DNA of 64,000 bases, taken from an uncultured Gemmatimonadaceae bacterium (lineage in GTDB: Bacteria > Gemmatimonadota > Gemmatimonadetes > Gemmatimonadales > Gemmatimonadaceae). Every line of letters begins with the position of its first letter. The stretch's first letter is position 1. The DNA lies in the NCBI GenBank assembly GCA_963761305.1, contig CAVXGK010000002.1:3264001-3328000 (forward strand). The letters run 5' to 3'. The notes under the pieces were generated by a model. That model did no database searches. It saw nothing but the letters and a program-made list of their open reading frames with translations, and was not told the origin of the DNA. Positions 1 through 10,200 of the stretch are shown here, piece by piece. A program made the position numbers and the translations under genes.

Positions 1-2772
1 ATCGTCTCGTTGGCGCTCACATCGAGCGTGCTCACGCCCCCGCAGCTCACGCAGATCGCCGACCAGACGATCGCCGGCGACCTGCGCGCGATCGCCGGCG
101 TCGCTCAAGTGAACGTCGTCGGCGGCGACAGCGCACAGCTCAACGTCAACGTGCGCCCGAACGATCTCGCGGCGGTCGGCGTCGGCATCGATCAGGTCGT
201 GAACGCGCTCCGCGCGCAGAATCTCGCAGCGCCGGTCGGCAACGTGAACAGCGCGCTCGAGCAGCGGTCGATCCGACTCGAGGGACGCCTCGATCATCCG
301 GAGGATTTCAGCGCGCTCGTCATCTCGTCGCGCAACGGCGGGCTGGTGACGCTCGGTCAGGTGGCCGACGTCGAAGCCGGCGCCGCCGAGCCGCTGTCGG
401 GCGCCTTTTTCAACGGCAAACAGGCGATCGGTCTCGACATCGTGAAATCGCGCGAGGCCAGCACGACGGCCGTGGCCGATCGCGTGCGAGCTCGGGTCGA
501 CAGCCTGCAGCGGCAAATGCCGCCCGGCACGCAGATCGAGGTCGTGCGCGACGCCGGTGTGCGCGTCCGCAATTCGGTGCGCAACGTCCAGGAGGCGCTC
601 ATCGAAGGGGCGTTGCTCACGGTGCTTGTCGTGTTCCTGTTCCTGAATTCGTGGCGTTCGACGGTGATCACCGGTCTCGCTCTGCCCGTGTCGGTGCTCT
701 CGGCGTTCGTGCCGCTGTTGATGCTCGGGTTCACCCTCAACACGATGTCGCTGCTCGGCCTGTCGCTGGCGATCGGCATTCTCATCGACGACGCGATCGT
801 CGTGCGCGAGAACATCGTGCGGCACGTCGAGATGGGTGCCGACCACATGACGGCGGCGCACGAAGGCACCGACGAGATCGGACTCGCCGTGGCCGCGACG
901 ACGTTCTCGATCGTCGCGGTGTTCGTGCCGGTGGGCTTCATGCCCGGCGTCGCGGGTCAATGGTTCAAACCGTTCGCGCTCACGATCGCCGCGGCGGTGC
1001 TCGTCTCGCTCTTCGTGTCGTTCTCGCTCGACCCGATGCTCTCGGCGTACTGGGCGGATCCACAGCTCGAGGCGCACGATCGACGCAACCCGATCGCACG
1101 CGCGCTCGAGCGATTCAATCAATGGTTCGACCGTCAGGCTGACCGCTACAAGTCGGTGATCGCGTGGGCGCTCGATCATCGATGGACGATGGTGGCGCTG
1201 GCGGCCGCGTCGTTTGTGTTCGCGATCGTGTTGCAGATCACGATCGGCGGGTTCGCGTTCGTACCGGTGACCGATCAGAGTGAACTGAACATCGCCATCG
1301 AGACGCCGCCCGGCTCGAGCCTCGACTATACGTCGCTCAAGGCGGAAGAGATCGCGCGAATGATTCGCGCGCGGCCGGAAGTGAAATACACGTACACGAC
1401 CGTCGGCAGCACGACCGGATCGGCCGAGGCGGACAACGCGACGATTTACGTGAGGCTCGCTCCAAAGAACGAGCGCTCGCTGAGCCAGGACGAGCTCGGA
1501 CAGGTCATGCGCCAGGAAATGCGGCACGTCGGCGGCGCGACGGCGTTCACGTTCGCGTCCGGCTTCGGCGGTGCGCAAAAGCAGTTGCAACTGCAACTGC
1601 AGGGTCCCGACCAGGCCGTGCTCAACGACTACGCCGAGCGCATCGCCAAGATCGTGTCGAGCGTTCCGGGCGCGGTGGACGTCGGACTGTCCACCAAAGG
1701 ACAGAAGCCCGAATTCAACGTGCGTGTGAACCGTGGACTCGCCGGCACGCTTGGCGTGAGTGTGAGCCAGCTCGCCGCGTCGCTCCGATTCGCCTTCGCC
1801 GGCGTGGATGCCGGAACGTGGGTCGATCCCTCGGGCATCTCGCGCTACGTGCACGTGCGACTCGTGCCGTCGGCGCGCGAGAATGCGGCGGACCTGGGGC
1901 AGTTGCCCGTGCTGGTGACGCCGGCGCAGGCCGCGGCGGCCGGCGCGGGAGCGACGCCCGGCACAGGCGGTTCGGGAGTGCCGCAGTTCGTGCCGCTGCG
2001 GCAGCTCGCCGACATCACGCCGAGTACTGGGCCGTCGCAGATCGACCACTACCAGCGAGAGCGCGTGGTGACGATCGGCGCCAACGTCGAAGGCGCGTCG
2101 CTCGGCAACGTGTCGCGCACGGTGCTTCAGGGGGTGAACAAACTGCAACTGCCGTCGGGCTATCACATCTCGCTCGGCGGCGAGACGCAGAGTCAGAACG
2201 AGGTGTTCGGCAACATCTTCATCGCGCTGGGCATCGCGGTGATGCTGATGTATCTGATTCTCGTCGTGCAGTTCGGATCGTTCCTGGATCCGCTGGCGAT
2301 TCTCGTGTCGCTGCCGTTATCGCTGATCGGCGTCGTGCTGGCGTTGATCGTGACGCGCGACACGCTCAATCTGATGAGCCTGATTGGCGTCATTCTGTTG
2401 ATGGGCATCGTGGCGAAGAACGCCATCCTGCTGATCGACTTCGCGAAGTGGGCGCACACGGGACGCGGACTCGACCGTCGCGCGGCGTTGATCGAGGCCG
2501 GGCGCATTCGGTTGCGTCCGATCCTCATGACGACGCTGGCGCTGATCGCCGGCATGGTGCCGGTGGCGATGGGCCTGGGTGAGGGCGCGGACTTTCGAGC
2601 GCCGCTCGGCCGCGCGGTGATCGGCGGCGTGATCACCTCGACAGTGCTGACGCTGGTCGTGATCCCGACCGTGTACGAGATCCTCGACGAGTGGCGCGAG
2701 GGATTCCTGGCGCGCTTCCGGCGGAAACAGCCGGCGCCCGTGGGCCACGTCGTGCCCGAGCCTGGCGATTAG
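1..2772 (+). CDS. RND efflux transporter permease (AcrB/AcrD/AcrF family), 5'-truncated by the window edge
   Basis: GILIDDAIVVRENI (TM4), GIVAKNAILL (TM10) and RLRPILMTT motifs; frame is open from base 1; TAG at 2770-2772. Confidence 0.95.
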   Translation: MVSLALTSSVLTPPQLTQIADQTIAGDLRAIAGVAQVNVVGGDSAQLNVNVRPNDLAAVGVGIDQVVNALRAQNLAAPVGNVNSALEQRSIRLEGRLDHPEDFSALVISSRNGGLVTLGQVADVEAGAAEPLSGAFFNGKQAIGLDIVKSREASTTAVADRVRARVDSLQRQMPPGTQIEVVRDAGVRVRNSVRNVQEALIEGALLTVLVVFLFLNSWRSTVITGLALPVSVLSAFVPLLMLGFTLNTMSLLGLSLAIGILIDDAIVVRENIVRHVEMGADHMTAAHEGTDEIGLAVAATTFSIVAVFVPVGFMPGVAGQWFKPFALTIAAAVLVSLFVSFSLDPMLSAYWADPQLEAHDRRNPIARALERFNQWFDRQADRYKSVIAWALDHRWTMVALAAASFVFAIVLQITIGGFAFVPVTDQSELNIAIETPPGSSLDYTSLKAEEIARMIRARPEVKYTYTTVGSTTGSAEADNATIYVRLAPKNERSLSQDELGQVMRQEMRHVGGATAFTFASGFGGAQKQLQLQLQGPDQAVLNDYAERIAKIVSSVPGAVDVGLSTKGQKPEFNVRVNRGLAGTLGVSVSQLAASLRFAFAGVDAGTWVDPSGISRYVHVRLVPSARENAADLGQLPVLVTPAQAAAAGAGATPGTGGSGVPQFVPLRQLADITPSTGPSQIDHYQRERVVTIGANVEGASLGNVSRTVLQGVNKLQLPSGYHISLGGETQSQNEVFGNIFIALGIAVMLMYLILVVQFGSFLDPLAILVSLPLSLIGVVLALIVTRDTLNLMSLIGVILLMGIVAKNAILLIDFAKWAHTGRGLDRRAALIEAGRIRLRPILMTTLALIAGMVPVAMGLGEGADFRAPLGRAVIGGVITSTVLTLVVIPTVYEILDEWREGFLARFRRKQPAPVGHVVPEPGD

Positions 2773-2911
2773 TTAAGTCGAATAGCCGCGGGCCCTACGG
2801 ACGCGCACGCAACACGGCTCAGCCGGCTAGGACACGGATGCGTACGGATCTTGCGAACGCTGGAGGCGGCCTCGGAAATGACCGGGGCGTCTCAACCGTG
2901 CGGAGGAACTC

Positions 2912-3580
2912 ATGTCGATACGCCCTGCTCGAGGCATGGCAATCGTGAGCGCGTGCGCCCTTGGTGTGCTTTGGGCGGCCTGCTCGAAAAGCGTAAGCAA
3001 GACGGACACGCTGGCGACTACGATGGACACGACCAAATCGGCCGCTGCGACGCCGACGCCCGACACCACGAGCATGGCGGTACCGACGTTGACTGACGTC
3101 AACATCGTCGCGCTGCTCGATGAAGCGAACGCCGGCGACAGCACGATGGGCAAGCTGGCCGCGACGAAGGGGACGAGTTCCGCGGTGAAGGAATTCGGCC
3201 GCCAGATGGAGCGCGATCATCACATGCTGCGCGAGCAGGGACAGGCGTTGGCGAAGAAGGAGAATCTCGCGCCGCAGCCGCCGGCGAACGACACGCTGGT
3301 GACCGCGACGAGCAAGATGCACGACAACCTCGACGCGATGGCGAAGGGCAAGGACTGGGACAAGGCGTACATCGACAACGAAGTCGCTGCCCACCAGTCG
3401 GTGCTCGCTCTCCTGACGACGGCGGGTACGTCGGCGCAGGACACGTCGCTCAAGGCGCTGATCGTCAAAGTGCAGCCGCTCGTTCAGGCGCATCTCACCA
3501 AGGCGCAGGACATTCAGTCGAAGCTCGCCGCGACGGCGACGGACACTGGGACGAACGCGATGGGCAAGAAGAAGGGCTAA
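2912..3580 (+). CDS. DUF4142 domain-containing exported/lipoprotein (ferritin-like helical bundle)
   Basis: GGAGGA SD; signal with LWAAC lipobox; AVKEFGRQMERDH, WDKAYIDNEVAAH and VQAHL pattern typical of DUF4142. Confidence 0.85.
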   Translation: MSIRPARGMAIVSACALGVLWAACSKSVSKTDTLATTMDTTKSAAATPTPDTTSMAVPTLTDVNIVALLDEANAGDSTMGKLAATKGTSSAVKEFGRQMERDHHMLREQGQALAKKENLAPQPPANDTLVTATSKMHDNLDAMAKGKDWDKAYIDNEVAAHQSVLALLTTAGTSAQDTSLKALIVKVQPLVQAHLTKAQDIQSKLAATATDTGTNAMGKKKG

Positions 3581-3610
3581 GCGAAGCGAAGACTTACAGA
3601 TAGCTCTGAT

Positions 3611-3648
3611 CTCGCGGCGCGCCCCGTTCACTCGGGTCGCGCCGCGAG
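3611..3648 (+). terminator. GC-rich hairpin after the DUF4142 gene (possible terminator, no U-tract)
   Basis: CTCGCGGCGCG (3611-3621) pairs with CGCGCCGCGAG (3638-3648). Confidence 0.4.
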
Positions 3649-3720
3649 CCGCGTTCGATCCATCGCCCTTGGCCGTTCCGGTCCACCGGCCCACAAGACC
3701 ACCAGCAGGTTGTAAAGAAA

Positions 3721-3765
3721 GTAAGTAGGTACTTGCATCGTGGTTGCGAACCGTCTACGGTTCGC
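3721..3765. promoter_or_regulatory. Candidate TetR operator palindromes upstream of the efflux operon
   Basis: AAGTA-GG-TACTT (3723-3734) and perfect GCGAACCGT-CT-ACGGTTCGC (3746-3765), ending 4 nt before the TetR ATG. Confidence 0.55.
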
Positions 3766-3769
3766 TCCC

Positions 3770-4384
3770 ATGGACATCCGCGACCGAATCCTCGACGCAG
3801 CGAAGCGTGTGTACGCCCAGCACGGCTTCCGGGGCGCAACGACGCGCCTCATCGCGATTGAAGCAGACGTCAACGAAGTCACGCTGTTTCGAACATTCGG
3901 CTCCAAGGCCGCGCTGTTCGAGACGCTGATGAAGGCGCACAACGCGCAAACTCCGGTTCCTCCTCTCCCAGAGGAGCCGGTGGATCCCGTCGCGGAGCTG
4001 ACGGACTGGGTGCGCCGCGTGCTGGCCCACCTGCGCGAAAATCGCTCGCTCATCCGCACCTCGATCGGCGAGGCAGAGGATCGTCCCGGCGCCGCGACGA
4101 CGATGTGCGAGGGGCCGACCTGCGCCGGCCGCATCCTGTCCGACTACGTGCGGCGGCTGCAGACGCGTGGAATGGCGGACCCGGCTGTCGACGTCGAAAC
4201 CGTTCGCGCGATGCTCCTCAGCGCGATGTTCGGCGACGCGATCTGCCGAGAGGTGATGGCGGGTGTGTTCCCCGAGCCTGAATCAGAAGCGGCAGCGAAG
4301 TACGTAGGCATCATGGTGCGGGCGCTCGGCATCGGGCGCGGCGCGCGCAAATCGAACGTCGCGCGAGTAGTCGCCGGAGACTGA
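3770..4384 (+). CDS. TetR/AcrR family transcriptional regulator
   Basis: RDRILDAAKRVYAQHGFRGATTRLIAIEADVNEVTLFRTFGSK helix-turn-helix; ATG 3770 preferred over GTG 3740. Confidence 0.93.
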   Translation: MDIRDRILDAAKRVYAQHGFRGATTRLIAIEADVNEVTLFRTFGSKAALFETLMKAHNAQTPVPPLPEEPVDPVAELTDWVRRVLAHLRENRSLIRTSIGEAEDRPGAATTMCEGPTCAGRILSDYVRRLQTRGMADPAVDVETVRAMLLSAMFGDAICREVMAGVFPEPESEAAAKYVGIMVRALGIGRGARKSNVARVVAGD

Positions 4385-4416
4385 CGCGCGGGCATGACCT
4401 CTACCCACCGAGTCAC

Positions 4417-6087
4417 ATGAAGACCGTAGGCCACCATCGCATCGCGCGAGCGGTCGTCACGCTCGCCACGGCGCTTGCTTGCGCCGGTCCACTTGTCGCA
4501 CAACAAACTACCCCCGCCGCAAGCGCGGCCGTCGGAGCCTCCGTTCGGCTCTCACTCGACGACGCGCTGCGGATGGGGGAAGCGCAGAGTCAGAACGTGG
4601 AAATCGCCCGCTCGAGCGTGGTTCGCGCGAACGGCCAGCGGTACCAGGCGCGGAGCCAGCTCTTTCCGCAGCTGAACGCCACGGCCGCCTATAGTCGCAC
4701 GCTCCAATCGCAGTTCTCGAGCTTCAGCGGCACGGCGACGGCTGTTGACACGACGACGCCGAAGGTCCAGGCGGTGTGCGCGCCGAACATTCCCGCCGAT
4801 GCCACGCCCGACCAACGGCTCGCCGCGCTTTCACAGGCGACGACATGCCAGTCGTCGAGCTCCTCGGCATTGGGGTTCAATCTGAGTCAGACGAGTTTCG
4901 GCGCGAGGAATCAGTGGACGGGTGGTCTGAATTTCTCCCAGAACGTCTACACCGGTGGCCGCATTGCCGCGCAGACCGACGCCGCGAGCGCCCAGGTTCG
5001 CTCGGCCGACATCGAAGTGTCGGCGCAGCGCGCACAAGCGGCGCTCGACGTGGCCTCGGCGTACTATGACGCGGCGCTGGCTGACCAGCTCGTCGTCATC
5101 GCCGACTCGTCGGTCGCGCAAACCGCGATCGTGCTCCAGCAGACGCGCGTCGCTCGACAAGTCGGCAACGCCGCGGAGTACGATCTGCTGCGCGCGCAGG
5201 TGACGCACGACAACGAGCTGCCGGTCGCGATTCAGGCCCGCGCCAATCGCGAGGTCGCGTACCTGCGGCTCAAACAACTGCTCAACATGCCGCTCGAACG
5301 TGTTGTGCAGCTCACGACGCAGATCGAGACGCCCGACGGTCCGACGCTCCCGGCCATCGCGTCGAACGTCGCCGACACCTCTACGGCGTTGCGCGCGCCC
5401 GTGCGCGAGCTCGATGAAGCCGTCCGCGCATCCGAAGCGCAGGTGCGCGTGACGCGCAGCGAGCGCATTCCGTCGCTGTCGGTCGTCTCGGCGTATCAAC
5501 GTCTCTACTTCCCGACGCAATTCCTGCCCCAGGCGAACTTCGGCGTGAACAACTGGACGGTCGGTCTCCAGACGAGTTTCCCGATTCTCGACGGCGGGCG
5601 GATCAAGGGTGACCAGCTGATCGCGCAGGCAGGGGTGCAGCAAGCGAAGGCGCAGCGCGAGCAGACGCGCCAATTCGCGGCGCTCGACACGCGAGTCGCA
5701 CTGAATCAGCTCGCCGAAGCGCAGTCCTCGTGGGAAGCGAGCAAGGGCACGGCCGAACAGGCGCAGAAGGCCTACGCCATCGACGAAGTGAGACTCCGCG
5801 AAGGCATTTCGACGCAGACGGACCTCACGCAGTCGCGGCTCCTGCTCGAGCAGTCGCTCGCGAACCGCGCGCAGGCGGCGCGGAATCTGGCAGTGGCGCG
5901 CGTGCGTCTGGCGCTCATCCACGACTTGCCCATTCAGCAGACGGGCACCGGCGCGGTGTCGGCGCAGAACGCGACGGCGCAGCAGCAACAACAACAGCAG
6001 CAGCAATCCCAACAACAAACGAACTCAAGTCAGGCCGCGGCCTCCACCACGGGCGCGGGCGGACCACCAGGGGGCATTCAGCCATGA
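4417..6087 (+). CDS. TolC family outer membrane efflux protein
   Basis: Signal peptide; LSLDDAL, LFPQLNATAAY and FPILDGG outer-membrane-factor repeat motifs; ATGA overlap with the next gene. Confidence 0.92.
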   Translation: MKTVGHHRIARAVVTLATALACAGPLVAQQTTPAASAAVGASVRLSLDDALRMGEAQSQNVEIARSSVVRANGQRYQARSQLFPQLNATAAYSRTLQSQFSSFSGTATAVDTTTPKVQAVCAPNIPADATPDQRLAALSQATTCQSSSSSALGFNLSQTSFGARNQWTGGLNFSQNVYTGGRIAAQTDAASAQVRSADIEVSAQRAQAALDVASAYYDAALADQLVVIADSSVAQTAIVLQQTRVARQVGNAAEYDLLRAQVTHDNELPVAIQARANREVAYLRLKQLLNMPLERVVQLTTQIETPDGPTLPAIASNVADTSTALRAPVRELDEAVRASEAQVRVTRSERIPSLSVVSAYQRLYFPTQFLPQANFGVNNWTVGLQTSFPILDGGRIKGDQLIAQAGVQQAKAQREQTRQFAALDTRVALNQLAEAQSSWEASKGTAEQAQKAYAIDEVRLREGISTQTDLTQSRLLLEQSLANRAQAARNLAVARVRLALIHDLPIQQTGTGAVSAQNATAQQQQQQQQQSQQQTNSSQAAASTTGAGGPPGGIQP

Positions 6088-7223
6088 ACCAGCGTAAGAG
6101 CGACGCACGTCGCGGCACTACCACCACCGCGATCTTGACGTTCGCGCTCGTCGCCCTGGCCGGATGCAAGGGCGCCGACACGGGGAAGGCTGCGACGACC
6201 ACGCCGGCGATGCTCGTCGGTCCGGAGAACATCGCGGTGGTGAAGGGCGAGCAACTGCGCTCGGGCCCCGCGCTTTCGGGTACGTTGCAGCCGGAAGAGC
6301 AGGCGAACGTCCGCGTCGAAGTGGCCGGAACCGTGTTGCAGACGTACGCCGAAGCGGGCCAGCACGTGACGCGCGGGGAAACGCTGGCGCGCATCGACGA
6401 CGCGACATTGCAGGAAGCCGTGCTTTCCGCGCAGGCGGCGACGACGACGGCGCAAAGCACGGTCGATCTCGACAAGAAGCAGGTCGACCGCAACACCGCG
6501 CTCCTCAAAGCCGGCGCGATCGCCGACCGCGACCTCGAGATGTCGCAGAACCAGTTGAGCGCCGCGCAAGCACAACTCGCGAACGCGCAGTCGTTGCTCG
6601 CCAACGCGAAGAAGCAGCTCAGCAAGGCGACGATCGTCGCGCCGTTCTCGGGCATCGTCAGCGCGCGGCAAGTGAGCGCGGGCGACGTGTTGCAACCCGG
6701 TGGCGCGCTCTACGTGATCGTGAATCCGGCGACGATGCGCCTCGAGGCGTCGGTGCCGGCGGATCAGCTGTCGTCGATTCGAATCGGCGTGCCGGTGGAT
6801 TTCACGGTGAACGGCTATCCGAACCGGGCGTTCACCGGACACATCACCGCGATCAACCCCGTGGCCGACCCGGCGACGCGCCAGGTGCGCATCATCGTGT
6901 CGCTGCCGAATGAAAACGGCGCGCTCGTGGGCGGTCTGTTCGCCGACGGTCACGTGGCGAGTGAAGTACGCTCGGCGCCCGTCGTGCCGATCGCGGCCGT
7001 CGACGAGCGCGGGTTGAAGCCGTACGTCATGCAGATCAGGAACGGGCTCGTGACGAAGACGGAAGTGGAGCTCGGCATTCGCGACGCGGCGACCGAGACG
7101 GTGGAGATCAAGAGCGGCGTGCAGGCGGGCGACACGATTCTCCTCGGCGCGGCGCGCGGCATCTCGGAGAAGACGCCGGTCAAGGTCAGCGCGGTGGCGG
7201 CTGACACGGAGCGCAAGCAATGA
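6084..7223 (+). CDS. RND efflux periplasmic adaptor (membrane fusion protein), lipoprotein
   Basis: ATG 6084 overlaps the TolC stop; LAGC lipobox; lipoyl/hairpin motifs GQHVTRGETLARID and IVAPFSGIV. Confidence 0.93.
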   Translation: MNQRKSDARRGTTTTAILTFALVALAGCKGADTGKAATTTPAMLVGPENIAVVKGEQLRSGPALSGTLQPEEQANVRVEVAGTVLQTYAEAGQHVTRGETLARIDDATLQEAVLSAQAATTTAQSTVDLDKKQVDRNTALLKAGAIADRDLEMSQNQLSAAQAQLANAQSLLANAKKQLSKATIVAPFSGIVSARQVSAGDVLQPGGALYVIVNPATMRLEASVPADQLSSIRIGVPVDFTVNGYPNRAFTGHITAINPVADPATRQVRIIVSLPNENGALVGGLFADGHVASEVRSAPVVPIAAVDERGLKPYVMQIRNGLVTKTEVELGIRDAATETVEIKSGVQAGDTILLGAARGISEKTPVKVSAVAADTERKQ

Positions 7224-10200
7224 TCATCTCGGATTTCGCGATCAAGCGGCCGCTCATCACCGTGGTGACGATGGTCGCTATGGTGATCTTCGGACTGTTC
7301 GCGTTGCTCAAATTGAAGACCGACGAATTCCCGGACGTCGATCCGCCGTTTCTCACGGTCGGCATCGTGTACCCGGGCGCGTCACCAGACGTCGTCGAGA
7401 GCGAGGTGTTGAAGCCGGTCGAGGAACAGATCGGCTCGATCTCCGGCGTCAAGCGCATCATGGGCAAGGCGTACGACGGCTACTCGATGATCATGATCGA
7501 GTTCTTCTACGACAAGGATCTCAACGTCGCGTCGCAGGAAGTGCGCGATGCGATCTCCGGCGTCCGCGAGGATCTGCCGATCGAGATGAAGGAGCCGATC
7601 GTGCAGAAGTTCAACGACACGGACCGTCCGATCGTGTCGCTGGCGATCTCGTCGACAGTGCTGTCGCCGCCGGAGCTCACACGCTTGGCCGATCCGGGCA
7701 TCACGCGCGAGCTGCGCGCGCTGCCGGGCGTCGCTGACGTGCAGATCTTCGGCAAGGTGGAGCGCGAGCTCACGGTCGAAGTCGACCCGCACAAGCTGCA
7801 AGCGGCGAACATCAGCGTCGCCGAAGTCGTGCAGGCGCTCCAACTGCAGAACCTCGCGGCACCGGTCGGCCGAGTGAACGGCGATCTCGACGAGCGCGCG
7901 ATTCGCTTGCGCGGTCGTCTCGACAATCCGGCGGAGTTCGAGAACCTCATCGTCGCCGACCGGAATGGGCAGCTCGTGCGGCTCGGACAGGTCGCGACGA
8001 TCAAGGACGCGACGGAAGAGCCGCGCACGCTCGCGCTCTACAACAGCAAGGAAGCGATCGGCATCGACGTGAAGAAGGCGAAGGGTTACAGCACGACGGA
8101 CGTCGCCGATCGCATTCGCGCGCGACTGGACCAGATCGAACCGACGCTGCCGAAGGGCACGAAGTTCGACCTGGTGAAGGACTCCGGCGAACGCGTGGAC
8201 CACGCGGTGAGCAACGTCGAAGAGGCGTTGATCCTTGGCGCGGCGCTCACAGTGCTGGTCGTGTTCCTGTTCCTGAACTCGTGGCGATCGACGGTCATCA
8301 CCGGCGTGGCGCTGCCGATTTCGGTGCTGGCGAGCTTCATCGCCGTGTGGGCGCTCGGCTTCAAGCTGGAGACGATGTCCCTGCTAGGCCTATCGCTCGC
8401 GATCGGTATCTTGATCGACGACGCGATCGTCGTTCGAGAGAACATCGTGCGACACGTCGAGATGGGGAAAGACCATTTCACAGCGGCGCACGACGGCACC
8501 GACGAGATCGGCCTGGCCGTCGCCGCGACGACCTTCTCGATTCTCGCCGTGTTCGTGCCGATCGGCTTCATGCCGGGCATCGGCGGTCAGTGGTTCAAGC
8601 CGTTCGCGCTGACCATCGCATGCTCGGTGGCGGTGTCGCTGTTCGTGTCGTTCTCGCTCGACCCGATGCTGTCGGCGTACTGGGCGGATCCGCACAAGGC
8701 GCCGCACGAGCGCGCGTGGATCACGCGGCAGCTGGACAAGTTCAACCACTGGTTCAACGCGCGCGCCGAGGACTACAAGAAAGTCATCGCGTGGGCGCTC
8801 GACCATCGCACCGCGATGGTGTTGATGGCAGCGCTGACGTTCATCGCGTCATTTTTCCTCCCGTCGTACGGATTGACGGGTCTCGGCCTGGCCGTCGCGG
8901 CAATCGCCATCATCGTGTTCGGGATGACGAAAGCGGGGCTCAATCGTGCCACGCGGAGCGCGGTCATCGCGATTGGATCCATCGGCTACGTGTACGCGGC
9001 AGTCACTTCGTTCGGCATTGCTCCGCGGGCCTTGCAGCCGATCCGCACGGTCGGCACGGGTTTCTTCCCGGAAGACGACCGCGCCGAGTTCACGATGGCC
9101 CTCGAAACACCGCCGGGCTCCAACCTCGAGTACACGCGACTCAAGGCCGAGGAAGCGGCGCAGATCGCGCGCGCACACACGGATTTGGTGAAGTACACGT
9201 ACACGACGCTCGGCAACCAGGCGACGGGCGGCGTGGACGAAGGGCACATCTACGTGCGGCTCGTGCCGAAGGACAAGCGAAGCCTGTCGGCGGAGGAATT
9301 CGCCGAGGTGCTGCGGCACGAGACGAAGCGCATGTCCGGCGCGACGATCTCGATCTTCACGAACGATCTCAACGGCGGATTCAAGGCGATTCAGCTGCAG
9401 TTGCGCGGGCAGGACGTGGCCGCGCTGGCGGAAGCGGCCGACATGGTGAAGGCCGGCGTCGAGAAGATTCCCGGCGCGGTCGACATCGGCCTGTCTACGA
9501 AAGGACAGAAGCCGGAGCTCGAAATCGATCTGAATCGAGGTGTCGCCGGTTCGGTGGGTCTCACCGTGGGACAGGTCGCGCAGTCGCTGCGCCCGGCGTT
9601 CGCGGGTATCGACGCCGGCTACTGGATCGATCCGAGCGGCAAATCGCGCAAGGTCACCGTGCGACTGACGCCCGAATCGCGCCAGCGCGCGTCGGATCTC
9701 GAGCGCTTGCCGATGGTGGTGCAGGGACCGAACGGGCTTCCGGCGACGATGCCGCTCGGCCAGATCGCGACGATCAAACCGGGCGTTGGTCCGGCGATCA
9801 TCGACCACTTGAATCGTGAACCGGTCGTGACGGTCGAGCTCAACACGTCGGGACGCGCCGCCGGTGACGTGACGGCGGACATTCAGACGATGCTCGGCAA
9901 GATGCGCCTGCCACCTGGCGTGCGGTACACGATCGGCGGCGACGCCGAATCGCAGGCGGAGGTGTTCGGCCAGATTTTCTCGGCGCTGGGACTGGCTGTG
10001 TTGTTGATGTATCTGATTCTCGTGGTGCAGTTCGGATCGTTCATCGACCCGATCGCGATTCTCATGTCGCTGCCGCTGTCGTTGATTGGCGTGATGATAT
10101 CGCTTGCGATCACCAAGATGACGATCAACATCATGAGCTTGATCGGCGTGATCTTGCTCATGGGCATCGTGGCGAAGAACGCGATTCTGCTGATCGACTT

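Noticed and set aside
2840..2855. Sigma-54-like site upstream of the DUF4142 gene
   Set aside because: Has TTGC but lacks the invariant GG at -24
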